This document shows, one piece after another, positions 1-8,991 of a DNA stretch of 36,788 nucleotides. Numbering within the stretch: the stretch's first letter is position 1; each line of letters opens with the position of its first letter. Position numbers and translations under genes: made by a program. The notes beneath the pieces were generated by a model, which saw only the letters and a list, made by a program, of their open reading frames with translations, was not told the origin of the DNA and ran no database searches. The DNA is from Candidatus Moraniibacteriota bacterium (GTDB taxonomy: Bacteria; Patescibacteriota; Minisyncoccia; Moranbacterales; UBA1568), in the NCBI GenBank assembly GCA_043785755.1, contig JAYVWV010000022.1, forward strand, positions 1 through 36,788, read 5' to 3'.

Positions 1-113
1 AAACAAGTAACTTGTCATTTGGTTCTTTGTCGTTTGTTTTCTTCTTTTTTCTTTTCTTTCCGTCTTCTTGTATTCATTCCCGGAGCTTGCTCCGGGCCGG
101 CGAGCGACGGTGG

Positions 114-142
114 TTGACGAATGGCGACTTTTCCCGTACAGT
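114..142 (+). promoter_or_regulatory. Putative sigma70 promoter for rpmG (TTGACG-17-TACAGT)
   Basis: -35 at 114-119 and -10 at 137-142, 17-bp spacing, 40 bp upstream of rpmG. Confidence 0.5.
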
Positions 143-182
143 GGAAAGGCTTTGAATTTTATCTGATTTTAAGGGCACAGGT

Positions 183-344
183 ATGGGAATGATCAAGGAC
201 AACATGGCCAAGCTCAAGTGTAGTGCTTGCAGCCGTATTACGCACTACACCAAGCGCAATAAGAAGAAGGTGAAAGAAAAGCTTTCGCTCTCCAAGTACT
301 GCAAGTTCTGCAAGAAAAACACCACCCATACCGAGAGCAAATAG
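183..344 (+). CDS. rpmG: 50S ribosomal protein L33 (Zn-ribbon type)
   Basis: Manual translation MGMIKDNMAKLKCSACSRITHYTKRNKKKVKEKLSLSKYCKFCKKTTTHTESK with two CxxC motifs; too short for the ORF track. Confidence 0.93.
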   Translation: MGMIKDNMAKLKCSACSRITHYTKRNKKKVKEKLSLSKYCKFCKKNTTHTESK

Positions 345-399
345 TTCTCGGTTTTGTGTGATTATGGTATAATGAATATGGTTATATAACCATTAGCCA

Positions 400-1074
400 T
401 TGTATTATGTTAGTGGCAGAAATGAGAAAGAAAGCTGTAACTTAAGACAGCAGGGATGTTCTTTCAGAGAAATTAGCGAAGCACTAGGGGTTTCTAAAAG
501 TACTGCGAGTCTTTGGCTACGTGATGTAAAGCTTTCTTTTTTAGCAATCAAGACTTTAGAGGAAAAGAAGACAAATGGTAGAAGCAAGGGGAATGATACG
601 CAAAAAGAAAAGTTGTTACAGAAAGAGAAGGATATACGTGTGTTAGCAGTCCGATATACTGAAGAGACTCCTTTTTCTCAAGAACAAGCAAAGGGAATTT
701 GTGCGCTTTTGTATGGGTGCGAGGGGACGAAGAATGGTACGAGAGTGGCCTTTGTCAACTCTGATCCGGACTTGGTTCGTTTCTTTCTGCTTCTTTTCCG
801 AAAAGCCTTTCTTGTAGATGAAAAAAAATTCAGGGTGCAAATGCATTTGCACGAGTATCATAATGAGAAGCAACAACTGCAGTTTTGGGCGGATATTACG
901 GGTATTCATGAGGAACAATTTTCCAAAACTTTCCAGAAGAAAAGTGGAAAAAAAAATATACGAGAGGGGTATCAAGGATGCATCAGTGTCAGGTATAATA
1001 GTGCAGATGTTCAGAGGGAGCTCGTGAGTGTTTATAGAGAAATATTGAAGCGAGGACAAGGAGTTATTGAGTAA
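400..1074 (+). CDS. HTH plus LAGLIDADG-like domain protein (CPR tRNA-adjacent type); N-terminus probably frameshifted near 438
   Basis: LRQQGCSFREISEALGVSKSTASLWLRDV HTH; LYGCEGTK...FVNSDPDLVRFF LAGLIDADG-like helix; AT-rich relative to neighbours. Confidence 0.65.
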   Translation: MYYVSGRNEKESCNLRQQGCSFREISEALGVSKSTASLWLRDVKLSFLAIKTLEEKKTNGRSKGNDTQKEKLLQKEKDIRVLAVRYTEETPFSQEQAKGICALLYGCEGTKNGTRVAFVNSDPDLVRFFLLLFRKAFLVDEKKFRVQMHLHEYHNEKQQLQFWADITGIHEEQFSKTFQKKSGKKNIREGYQGCISVRYNSADVQRELVSVYREILKRGQGVIE

Positions 1075-1085
1075 AGATGAGACAC

Positions 1086-1159
1086 GGGGGCGTCGTATAG
1101 TGGCAGTACAGGACTCTCCAAAAGTTCTAGCGTAGGTTCGATTCCTACCGCCCCTGCCA
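1086..1159 (+). tRNA. tRNA-Trp (CCA)
   Basis: Acceptor GGGGGCG/CGCCCCT, anticodon arm GGACT-CT-CCA-AA-AGTTC, GTTCGAT T-loop, encoded CCA end. Confidence 0.95.
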
Positions 1160-1201
1160 AAATCATTTGATATTGGTCATTTGGATTTTGAAATTTTATC
1201 C

Positions 1202-1273
1202 GGCCCCATCGTCTATCGGCTAGGACATCAGGTTCTCATCCTGAAAAGAGGGGTCCGACTCCCCTTGGGGCTA
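1202..1273 (+). tRNA. tRNA-Glu (CTC)
   Basis: Acceptor GGCCCCA/TGGGGCT, anticodon arm TCAGG-TT-CTC-AT-CCTGA; atypical T-loop TCCGACT; no encoded CCA. Confidence 0.9.
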
Positions 1274-1279
1274 CAGATA

Positions 1280-1318
1280 AATTAAAAAATCTCCAGTGCA
1301 TATGGAGGTTTTTTAATT
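1280..1318 (+). terminator. Intrinsic terminator after the tRNAs
   Basis: AATTAAAAAATCTCCA...TGGAGGTTTTTTAATT hairpin with T-tract. Confidence 0.75.
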
Positions 1319-1321
1319 ATT

Positions 1322-1483
1322 GCCCCAAGGGGAGTCGGACGAGAAAGGGGTCGGCTCGCTTCGACTCGAATCGAGGCGAGGAAAACATCTGTTTGCCCGT
1401 CTGGGGTGACCGAGGTCTGCCGAGGGCTAGAGGGCGGAAGCCCTCCGTGACGGGATGAGCAGTCCGATCCTTCTCTTGGGGCT
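1322..1483. repeat. Structured element bounded by inverted copies of the tRNA-Glu 3' end
   Basis: 1322-1340 is the exact reverse complement of 1253-1271; 1462-1483 GTCCGATCCTTCTCTTGGGGCT is a degenerate direct copy. Confidence 0.7.
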
Positions 1484-1552
1484 CCTCAATCTTTTTGTGT
1501 TAAAATGTGGATGTCAGTTGCCGTTTGTTGATTGTTAACTGTCGATTGTCCT

Positions 1553-2266
1553 ATGGCTACCCTTGTTTTTGATATCGAAACGGTTGGGGAAGACTTTGAC
1601 TCACTGGATGAAACCAGTCAGGATGTTTTGACACGCTGGATCAAAAAGGAATCGGAGAGTGGTGAAAATTATGCCGCGGCTCTGGCGGATCTCAAGAATG
1701 GCATGGGCTTTTCACCGCTCACCGCGGAGATCGTGGCCATTGGTATTCGTGATGTTGAACGAAAAAAGAGTGCTGTGTATTATCAGGCTTCGAAAAAAGG
1801 TGCGGAGGAAAACTTCGAGGAAGGGGATTGTAAATTCGAGGTGCTAAGTGAAAAGGCGATGCTCCAAAAGTTTTGGGACGTGGTCGATAAATATGACACC
1901 TTGGTCACGTTCAACGGGCGCGCTTTTGATGTGCCGTTTCTCATGGTGCGCTCGGCCCTTTGCGCTATTCGTCCGAGTAAGAATCTTTTGGCCAATCGCT
2001 ACTTGAACTATCATCCTGCCAATGCTCGTCATATTGACCTCTTGGACCAGCTGACGTTCTATGGAGCGATGCGCAAGAAGGGGAGTCTTCATCTGTGGTG
2101 TCGAGCCTTTGGTATCGAAAGTCCTAAGGCTCAGGGTGTGGATGGCGATGATGTCAAAGCACTGTATGACCATGGAAAGAGCGCTGACATCGCCCGCTAC
2201 AATGCCCGTGACCTTTTGGCAACGGCCGAGCTGTATGAGCACTATGTAAAGTTTTTGCAGTTTTAG
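1553..2266 (+). CDS. Predicted 3'-5' exonuclease, PolB-like/RNase H fold
   Basis: ExoI LVFDIET, ExoII TFNGRAFDVPFL, HIDL, ExoIII YNARDL; ATG at 1553. Confidence 0.88.
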   Translation: MATLVFDIETVGEDFDSLDETSQDVLTRWIKKESESGENYAAALADLKNGMGFSPLTAEIVAIGIRDVERKKSAVYYQASKKGAEENFEEGDCKFEVLSEKAMLQKFWDVVDKYDTLVTFNGRAFDVPFLMVRSALCAIRPSKNLLANRYLNYHPANARHIDLLDQLTFYGAMRKKGSLHLWCRAFGIESPKAQGVDGDDVKALYDHGKSADIARYNARDLLATAELYEHYVKFLQF

Positions 2267-2387
2267 GACAGGCTTGGCACGTCGCTTCACTTGCCACTGC
2301 CGTTCGCGTAACGACGATGGCGAGCGACGGTGCCTTGTCCTCGCTATTTTTTCTTGCTACACTCCAAGGCATATTGTCGCTGTTTTT

Positions 2388-3464
2388 ATGATGATTGAAG
2401 AAACGTTGAAAAATTTCAAGGGGCGTCTTGATCCGCTTATCGACGCCTATTTTGATGAAGTCATCAAGGACGCTCGTCAGGAAGACGCTTTCGTCGCCGA
2501 AGCCATTGGATACGCCAAGGATATCGTGCTTTCCGGGGGAAAACGTCTGCGCCCGGCTTTTATGTATTATGGGTATCTGGGGGCGGGCGGTACGGAGGTC
2601 GAAAAGATTCTTCATACCTCGATGAGTATCGAGCTCATTCACTCGTTTCTTCTGGTGCATGATGATATCATCGATCGTGATGATCTGCGGCACGGTGTTC
2701 CGACGCTACACAAACGCTATGCTGATTTTGGGCGGCGTTATTTTCCTGATCAGGACGTTATGCACTTCGGTAATTCCATCGCGCTCATTATCGGCGACAT
2801 GCTCTCAGCTTTCGGCAACGACATCATTTTTCGGGCTGACTTTCCCAAAGAGTGCATCTTCAAAGCCCTCTCCCGTTTGCAGAAGATTGTTTCCTTCACC
2901 GTGGTCGGCCAGGCGCGCGATATCTATATGGAATACCGGGGCGAAGCGAGTGAAGCAGAAATTTTGACCATGTATCGCAACAAGACAGCCAAGTATACGG
3001 TGGAGGGGCCGCTCCATCTAGGAGCTATCCTGGCCGGGGCCACGGATGAACTTTTGACCAGTCTTTCCGCATATGCCATTCCGCTGGGGATTGCTTTTCA
3101 GATACAGGATGATATCTTGGGTATATTCGGTTCTGCTGAACGGATCGGCAAACCGGTCGGTTCCGATATTGAGGAAGGAAAGCTGACACTTTTGGTCGCG
3201 CGCGCCCAGAAGAATGGTTCGTCCGAGCAGGGGAAGCGCCTCAAGGCGATTCTCAAGCGTGGCAAGGCACTTTCGAAGGAAGAGCAGGAGGAATTCCGCA
3301 CCATCATCAAAGAAACAAAGTCCCTCGAACAGGTGCAGGCGCTTGCTTTGGAATATATCGCAGAGGGTCGCCAGGCGCTCGGACAACTGCGCTCACAGGT
3401 CGGGGCGGAGACATTTGAATTTTTGGAAGGGGTGGCAGCGTATATGACCAATCGACAATATTAA
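2388..3464 (+). CDS. Polyprenyl (geranylgeranyl) diphosphate synthase
   Basis: GGKRLRP, HDDIIDRDDLRHG, KTAKYT and QDDILG motifs; ATG at 2388. Confidence 0.93.
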   Translation: MMIEETLKNFKGRLDPLIDAYFDEVIKDARQEDAFVAEAIGYAKDIVLSGGKRLRPAFMYYGYLGAGGTEVEKILHTSMSIELIHSFLLVHDDIIDRDDLRHGVPTLHKRYADFGRRYFPDQDVMHFGNSIALIIGDMLSAFGNDIIFRADFPKECIFKALSRLQKIVSFTVVGQARDIYMEYRGEASEAEILTMYRNKTAKYTVEGPLHLGAILAGATDELLTSLSAYAIPLGIAFQIQDDILGIFGSAERIGKPVGSDIEEGKLTLLVARAQKNGSSEQGKRLKAILKRGKALSKEEQEEFRTIIKETKSLEQVQALALEYIAEGRQALGQLRSQVGAETFEFLEGVAAYMTNRQY

Positions 3465-3471
3465 AATCACC

Positions 3472-4194
3472 ATGGAAGTAGTCACGAAAATCGCAGAGCG
3501 TCTCCCTCGGCACGTCGTTATCATCCCGGATGGTAATCGGCGCTGGGCGGCTGCGCGCTCCAAAGAACCCTGGGAGGGTCATGAGGCCGGGGCAGAAAAT
3601 ACCGAACGCTTGATGCGTGAGGCACATCGTCTGGGCGTCAAAGAGATTTCTTTTTGGGGGTCGTCACTGGAAAATCTCGTGAAGCGTCCGCTCGCCGAAA
3701 GCAAAGCCCTTTTGCATATTTACGAGACCTACTTTCAGAAATTGCTCAAGAGTGAAGACATCCATCGCGATCGGGTGCGCATCCGTTTCATCGGCCACTG
3801 GCGTGAGCAGTTCCCCGAGTCGCTCAAACGGGTTTTGAACGAATGCCTGGAAGTGACCAAACAGTATAGCGATCATTTTCTCAATTTCTTCCTGGCCTAT
3901 AGCGGTGACGATGAGATGCGTTTGGCTTTCGAAAATGTGGCAAAAACATTACCAGCTGGCGGCAAGGTCACGGACGAGATGATCAAGGAAAGCTTGATGA
4001 CGCACGAATTGCCCCCAGTCGACCTGCTCATCCGCACGGGCGGCGAGCCTCATCTCTCGGCTGGTTTCATGATGTGGGATATGGCCAATAGCCAGCTGTA
4101 TTTTTCCGAAAAGCTCTATCCGGATTTTGACGAAGCAGCCTTGCGTGAGGCTTTATCAGACTACAGCGCGCGCGAACGACGCTTCGGTCGCTAA
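3472..4194 (+). CDS. uppS: Undecaprenyl diphosphate synthase (cis-prenyltransferase)
   Basis: HVVIIPDGNRRWA, GH..GA, DLLIRTGGE..LSAGF motifs. Confidence 0.93.
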   Translation: MEVVTKIAERLPRHVVIIPDGNRRWAAARSKEPWEGHEAGAENTERLMREAHRLGVKEISFWGSSLENLVKRPLAESKALLHIYETYFQKLLKSEDIHRDRVRIRFIGHWREQFPESLKRVLNECLEVTKQYSDHFLNFFLAYSGDDEMRLAFENVAKTLPAGGKVTDEMIKESLMTHELPPVDLLIRTGGEPHLSAGFMMWDMANSQLYFSEKLYPDFDEAALREALSDYSARERRFGR

Positions 4195-4270
4195 AGAGGG
4201 ATTCATAGAGGCTTTTGGAGCGTGTACAGAAGGATAGGTGATTGACCGCCGTCGCTCGCGAGCGACGTGG

Positions 4271-4298
4271 TTGACAGATTATTTTTATCTGCTACAAT
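4271..4298 (+). promoter_or_regulatory. Sigma70 promoter for the infA/alpha operon (TTGACA-16-TACAAT, extended -10)
   Basis: Consensus -35 and TGc-TACAAT. Confidence 0.65.
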
Positions 4299-4463
4299 AG
4301 AACCACGTTTTGAAAAATTGCATAGATACGGGAAAAAGAGAGGGTTTGCAAAAGAGCGTCTCAGGAATGAGGATGGAATTGCTTACCAGACAAAGACTTC
4401 TCTGTTTTTGTGTTCTCCTGAGCTTTTGCAGCTCATTTTTCTGTGTCAGACTTCGTCCACAAT

Positions 4464-4685
4464 ATGGCCAACAATAAAGAACTGATTCGGATCGAAGGGG
4501 AGGTCTTGGAGACACTGCCGAGCACCACTTTCCGCGTTCGTCTTGATAACGGTCATGAAGTCCTCGCTCACATCTCGGGCCGTATGCGGGTCCATTACAT
4601 CCGTCTTTTGCCGGGTGATCGCGTAACGCTCGAAATGAGCCCGTACGATCTCTCCAAAGGCAGGATCGTCCATCGTAATAAATAG
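4464..4685 (+). CDS. infA: Translation initiation factor IF-1
   Basis: EGEVLETLP...LAHISGRMR...[19 protein letters not shown]; ATG at 4464. Confidence 0.97.
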   Translation: MANNKELIRIEGEVLETLPSTTFRVRLDNGHEVLAHISGRMRVHYIRLLPGDRVTLEMSPYDLSKGRIVHRNK

Positions 4686-4693
4686 GGAGCACT

Positions 4694-4807
4694 ATGAAAG
4701 TCCGGGCCTCTGTCAAAAAAATCTGTATCCAGTGCAAGATTGTGAAGCGCCGTGGGACGCTCTATGTCGTGTGCACCAATCCGAAGCACAAGCAGCGCCA
4801 GGGCTAA
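4694..4807 (+). CDS. rpmJ: 50S ribosomal protein L36
   Basis: Manual translation [37 protein letters not shown]. Confidence 0.97.
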   Translation: MKVRASVKKICIQCKIVKRRGTLYVVCTNPKHKQRQG

Positions 4808-4836
4808 TTTAAAGAAACAGTGAGTTTTCAGAAACT

Positions 4837-5226
4837 ATGGTACGTATCGCGGGAATCAACATTCCGGACAACAAGCGCATCGAAGTCGCCCTGACCTATG
4901 TCTATGGTATCGGTTTGTCGACCAGTCAGAAGATTTTGAAGGAACTGGCTATCAGCCCGGATACTCGGACCAAAGATCTGTCCGGCGACGATGCCAATCG
5001 TTTGCGCGATATGATCGAAAAGAAGTACCGGGTGGAAGGCGAACTGCGCCACGTGGTCAAGTCCAATATCAAGCGCCTCAAAGAAATTGGTTGTTATCGA
5101 GGAACGCGCCATCAGAAGGGTCTGCCATCGCGCGGTCAGCGTACCAAGACCAATACCCGTACGGTGCGTGGTAATGTCCGTAAGACGATGGGCAGCGGTC
5201 GCAAGAAGTCTGATGCCAAGACCTAA
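4837..5226 (+). CDS. rpsM: 30S ribosomal protein S13
   Basis: [10 protein letters not shown]...[20 protein letters not shown]. Confidence 0.98.
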   Translation: MVRIAGINIPDNKRIEVALTYVYGIGLSTSQKILKELAISPDTRTKDLSGDDANRLRDMIEKKYRVEGELRHVVKSNIKRLKEIGCYRGTRHQKGLPSRGQRTKTNTRTVRGNVRKTMGSGRKKSDAKT

Positions 5227-5283
5227 GCAGAATGAACGTCTCGAATATTTTTAAAGAGTAGTCTACTGACTGTAAGCGAACCT

Positions 5284-5742
5284 ATGACAGAAGAAGTGAA
5301 GGCAACCGAAACCCCAAGCGAAGAAGCAGTGACCCCTGTGGTCGCTGCCGAAGATGCGGTGGCTGCCAAAAAGAAGGGGAAGAAAAGTAAGCGTCAGATC
5401 CTCAAGGGTCGCGCCAGCATTCAGTGCACCTATAACAATACTATCGTCACGATCGCCGATCTGAGCGGGGCGGTCTTGGGCTGGTCCAGCTCAGGTCACC
5501 TGGCTTTCAAGGGTGCCAAGAAATCGACACCCTATGCTGCGACTCAAGTAGTAGCTGATGTTACTGAGAAGGTCAAGAAGTACGGTGTCCAAGAATTGGA
5601 AGTGTTCGTGCGCGGCGTCGGCAGCGGCCGCGAGGCATCGATCCGCGCTCTGGCCAACAACGGTTTCAATCTAGTGACTATCAAAGACATCACCCCAATT
5701 CCTCATAACGGTTGCCGTCCGCGTCGTCCGCGTCGCATCTAA
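5284..5742 (+). CDS. rpsK: 30S ribosomal protein S11
   Basis: TYNNTIVT, KKSTPYAA, DITPIPHNGCRP; N-terminal extension. Confidence 0.98.
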   Translation: MTEEVKATETPSEEAVTPVVAAEDAVAAKKKGKKSKRQILKGRASIQCTYNNTIVTIADLSGAVLGWSSSGHLAFKGAKKSTPYAATQVVADVTEKVKKYGVQELEVFVRGVGSGREASIRALANNGFNLVTIKDITPIPHNGCRPRRPRRI

Positions 5743-5758
5743 GACCCATTTCCATACT

Positions 5759-6394
5759 ATGGCCAAAAATCTCAACTCCAAATGCAAACTCTGTCGGCGC
5801 GCCGGCGAAAAACTCTTCTTAAAGGGTGATCGTTGTCTGTCTCCGAAGTGTGCCATGGTGCGTCGTCCCTATGCGCCTGGTATCCACGGTCACAATCCGA
5901 CGCGTGGTGGTGGCAGTGAATATGGCCGTCAGCTCGCTATGAAGCAGAAGATCAAGCGTCTCTACGGCGTCATGGAGCGCCAATTCCGTCATCACTTCGA
6001 TGAAGTGCGCAATGTCCCTGGTGTCACTGGTGATCAGCTCTTGGCTCGCTTGGAGCGTCGTCTCGACAACGTGGTCTACCGCTTGGGCTTTGCTGCCTCA
6101 CGCGTTCTGGCCCGCCAGCTCGTTTCTCACAAGATGTTCGAGGTCAATGGCAAGCGCATGAATATCCCATCCGTCGAAGTGAAGGTGGGCGATATCATCA
6201 CTCTCAAGACCAACAAGAAAGAAAAGACCTATTTCAAGAATCTGCTCGAAGTTTTGAAAAACAAGAAAGACGTGCCGCACTGGCTCGCTCTCGACCTGGA
6301 GAAGCTCTCCGGGACGGTGGTGGCTCTGCCCAACCGTCAGGATGTCGGAGTGCAGGTTGATGCCCAGATGGTCGTTGAATATTACTCCAAGTAG
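5759..6394 (+). CDS. rpsD: 30S ribosomal protein S4
   Basis: CKLCRRAGEKLFLKG, SEYGRQL, LERRLDNVVYRLGFA, VVEYYSK. Confidence 0.98.
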   Translation: MAKNLNSKCKLCRRAGEKLFLKGDRCLSPKCAMVRRPYAPGIHGHNPTRGGGSEYGRQLAMKQKIKRLYGVMERQFRHHFDEVRNVPGVTGDQLLARLERRLDNVVYRLGFAASRVLARQLVSHKMFEVNGKRMNIPSVEVKVGDIITLKTNKKEKTYFKNLLEVLKNKKDVPHWLALDLEKLSGTVVALPNRQDVGVQVDAQMVVEYYSK

Positions 6395-6503
6395 GACTTT
6401 CATTTTTGACACATTTCGTTAGCGTTATTACCCTTATAATCGTTTCCGGTGGTCGGTCAATGAGATTCAGGTCCGACAGTCCATCCGAAACCAACACGCA
6501 GGT

Positions 6504-7322
6504 ATGCAGACGATCACTTCACCACAAGCGCCGAAGTACACAGAGCTGGCCCTCAATCATGGGAAGTTCGAGATTTTGGGCTGTCACCCGGGCTATGGGA
6601 CAACACTTGGCAATGCTTTGCGTCGGGTCGTCCTTTCTTCTTTAGCTGGCGCCGCTGTGCGTTCGGTCAAGATCAAGGGTGTTTCGCATGAATTTTCTAC
6701 GATTGACGGTGTCATGGAAGACGTCGTTCAGATCATTCTGAATCTGAAGCAGGTACGCTTCAAGTTTCATGGTGAGGGCGAGGAATCGATCAAGCTGACG
6801 CTCAAGAACAAAGGCGAAGGTGTCGTGACGGCTGCTATGATCAAGGTTCCCTCCAATGTGGAAGTGGTCAACCCGAATCAGGTGATCGCTACCGTGACCG
6901 ACAAGAAGACTGACCTGGAAATGGAAATCGAGATCGACAGGGGTCTCGGCTATGTGCCCGTGGAGAGCCGTGAGCGTGATGAGAGTCGCGAAATTGGTGT
7001 CATCGCTATCGATGCCATCTATACACCAGTCAAGCGCGTGAATTACGAGGTAGAAAATATGCGCGTCGGCAAGCGGACGGATTATGACAAGATTACTTTA
7101 GAAATCGTCACGGATGGCAGTATTACCCCGACGGAAGCCTTCGAAAAGAGCGTCGCCATTCTGGTCAATCAATTCTCCTCAATCCTTTCGGTGGCTGGAG
7201 AAGAGGTAGCCGAAGAGGTAGCTCTGGTTGCGGAAGAAGCTGTGGCCGAGGAGCTTGCTCCGGTGGTTGAAGAAAAAAAGGCCAAGAAGGTGGCCAAGAA
7301 GAAAGTAGAAAAAGCCGAATAA
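6504..7322 (+). CDS. rpoA: RNA polymerase alpha subunit (no recognisable alpha-CTD)
   Basis: GYGTTLGNALRRVVLSSL, HEFSTIDGVMED, IDAIYTPVKRVNYEVE; ends in an E/A/K-rich tail. Confidence 0.97.
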   Translation: MQTITSPQAPKYTELALNHGKFEILGCHPGYGTTLGNALRRVVLSSLAGAAVRSVKIKGVSHEFSTIDGVMEDVVQIILNLKQVRFKFHGEGEESIKLTLKNKGEGVVTAAMIKVPSNVEVVNPNQVIATVTDKKTDLEMEIEIDRGLGYVPVESRERDESREIGVIAIDAIYTPVKRVNYEVENMRVGKRTDYDKITLEIVTDGSITPTEAFEKSVAILVNQFSSILSVAGEEVAEEVALVAEEAVAEELAPVVEEKKAKKVAKKKVEKAE

Positions 7323-7343
7323 ACTCCCAGAGAGGATTGCATT

Positions 7344-7709
7344 ATGAAGCACCTGCACCAAGGCCGTGTTCTCGGCCGCGAAATGAATCAACGAAACGCT
7401 CTGATCAAGACACTGATTGGCAGTCTCATTGTGCATGAGCGGATCACGACCACCGAAGCCAAGGCCAAGGAAATCAAGCATTATATCGACCAGATCGTCA
7501 ATAAGGCCAAGGTGGCTCGTAATGAGGCCGGTCGCCGGGTCGCGATGATTCGCGAGCTCCAGAAATATATCCCAGCCATGGCCACCAAAAAACTTCTCAC
7601 CGATTTCAGTGTCCGTTTTGAAGAGCGCAAGAGCGGTTACACGCGTGTGGCCAAGCTCGAGCAGCGCAAGAGCGACGGTGCTAAGATGGCCGTCATCGAA
7701 TTCGTCTAA
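7344..7709 (+). CDS. rplQ: 50S ribosomal protein L17
   Basis: HERITTTEAKAKE, SGYTRVAKL, DGAKMAVIEFV. Confidence 0.97.
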   Translation: MKHLHQGRVLGREMNQRNALIKTLIGSLIVHERITTTEAKAKEIKHYIDQIVNKAKVARNEAGRRVAMIRELQKYIPAMATKKLLTDFSVRFEERKSGYTRVAKLEQRKSDGAKMAVIEFV

Positions 7710-7719
7710 CCGTACCCCT

Positions 7720-8133
7720 ATGGCCGCCAAGAAAACCATGATCGATCGCAAATATCACCTCTTCGATGCCAAGGGGAAAGTTTTGGGTCGTTTGGCAACG
7801 GAAATTGCTCGCATCTTGATGGGCAAGGACAAGGTTTCGTATGCTCCTCATATCGACGGCGGTGACTTCATCGTGCTTATCAATACGGACCTCATTACCG
7901 TGACCGGCAACAAGGCTGAAGACAAGATCTACTACCGCTTCAGTGGCTACCCGGGTGGCATTCACTCCATTTCTTTTGAAGACCAGCTCAAGAAAGATTC
8001 TCGTAAGGTCATCTATCAGGCCCTGTACGGGATGCTTCCCAAGAATTCCCTGCGTGATCGGATGCTGACCCGTCTCCATCTGTACAAGGATGCCACGCAC
8101 ACGGAAAAGATCATTCATGTGACTCACGCCTAA
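7720..8133 (+). CDS. rplM: 50S ribosomal protein L13
   Basis: DAKGKVLGRLATEIA..LMGK, SGYPGG, GMLPKN; ATG at 7720. Confidence 0.97.
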   Translation: MAAKKTMIDRKYHLFDAKGKVLGRLATEIARILMGKDKVSYAPHIDGGDFIVLINTDLITVTGNKAEDKIYYRFSGYPGGIHSISFEDQLKKDSRKVIYQALYGMLPKNSLRDRMLTRLHLYKDATHTEKIIHVTHA

Positions 8134-8136
8134 CCT

Positions 8137-8640
8137 ATGGCCACTAAGGAAACGAAAGAATTGGAGGGAGAAGAAGTGAAACCGGTTGCCAAAACAACCA
8201 GGAAGAAGGCCGTCGCCAAAACTGCTCCGAAGGCTTCCAAAGAGGCTGCTCGTTATCTGTATGCTGTCGGTCGGCGCAAGACAGCAGTCGCTCAGGTACG
8301 GCTCTACCCAGTCGATGCCTCTGAAGGCGTGGTGGTGAACAAGAAGACCATTCTGGCCTATTTCGGGACACCGGCTTTGGTAGCGCAGGCACTGACCCCA
8401 CTGAAGACCGCTGGCATGGAAGAGACTTTCACCGTGACCGTCGTGGTACGGGGCGGGGGACTCCACGGCCAGGCGGACGCCATCAAGCTCGGCGTGGCCC
8501 GCGCACTTATCAAACACGATATTCTGCTTCGTCCGGCACTCAAGGCTCAAGGACTGCTCACGCGCGACGCCCGCGCCGTAGAGCGCAAGAAGCCTGGGTT
8601 AAAGAAAGCTCGTCGCGCGCCGCAGTGGAGTAAGCGTTAA
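8137..8640 (+). CDS. rpsI: 30S ribosomal protein S9
   Basis: GRRKTAVAQVRL, GGGLHGQADAI, ERKKPGLKKARRAPQWSKR. Confidence 0.98.
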   Translation: MATKETKELEGEEVKPVAKTTRKKAVAKTAPKASKEAARYLYAVGRRKTAVAQVRLYPVDASEGVVVNKKTILAYFGTPALVAQALTPLKTAGMEETFTVTVVVRGGGLHGQADAIKLGVARALIKHDILLRPALKAQGLLTRDARAVERKKPGLKKARRAPQWSKR

Positions 8641-8663
8641 TCGGTTTCGAAACACGTCTTTCC

Positions 8664-8690
8664 AAAACGCCCCGTAGGGGGCGTTTTTTT
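8664..8690 (+). terminator. Intrinsic terminator after rpsI
   Basis: AAAACGCCCC-GTAG-GGGGCGTTTTTTT. Confidence 0.85.
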
Positions 8691-8718
8691 GTCCTGCTTG
8701 TTAGAAATCCTGGTTCTG

Positions 8719-8887
8719 GTCATCTTCGGGTCAGGCCCGAGGACGTATGGTCTGCTTGGAGAATCCTTCCTGGATCGCGCATCCCTCCTGAGGCGGGCGG
8801 GCAAGTGCGGGATGACAGAAGAGATAGAAACGTGTGCACTTACTGGAAACAATTTTCCCGTCATTCGCGGGCTTGCTCCGGGGATTC
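8719..8887. repeat. Cluster of REP-like GTCAT...ATGAC palindromic repeats
   Basis: GTCATCTTCGGG..CCCGAGGA, TGGATCGCGCAT..AAGTGCGGGATGAC, GTCATTCGCGGGCTTGCTCCGG; related copies at 74-96 and 17073-17100. Confidence 0.55.
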
Positions 8888-8991
8888 ATGGGATGCTGTT
8901 CATAGAACAGAGAAGAAACGGAAGGCTCTTGACAGAAATTTGTTTTTTATGCAAAAAATGATATTATGAAAATAATTCTCAAATAAAAAAA

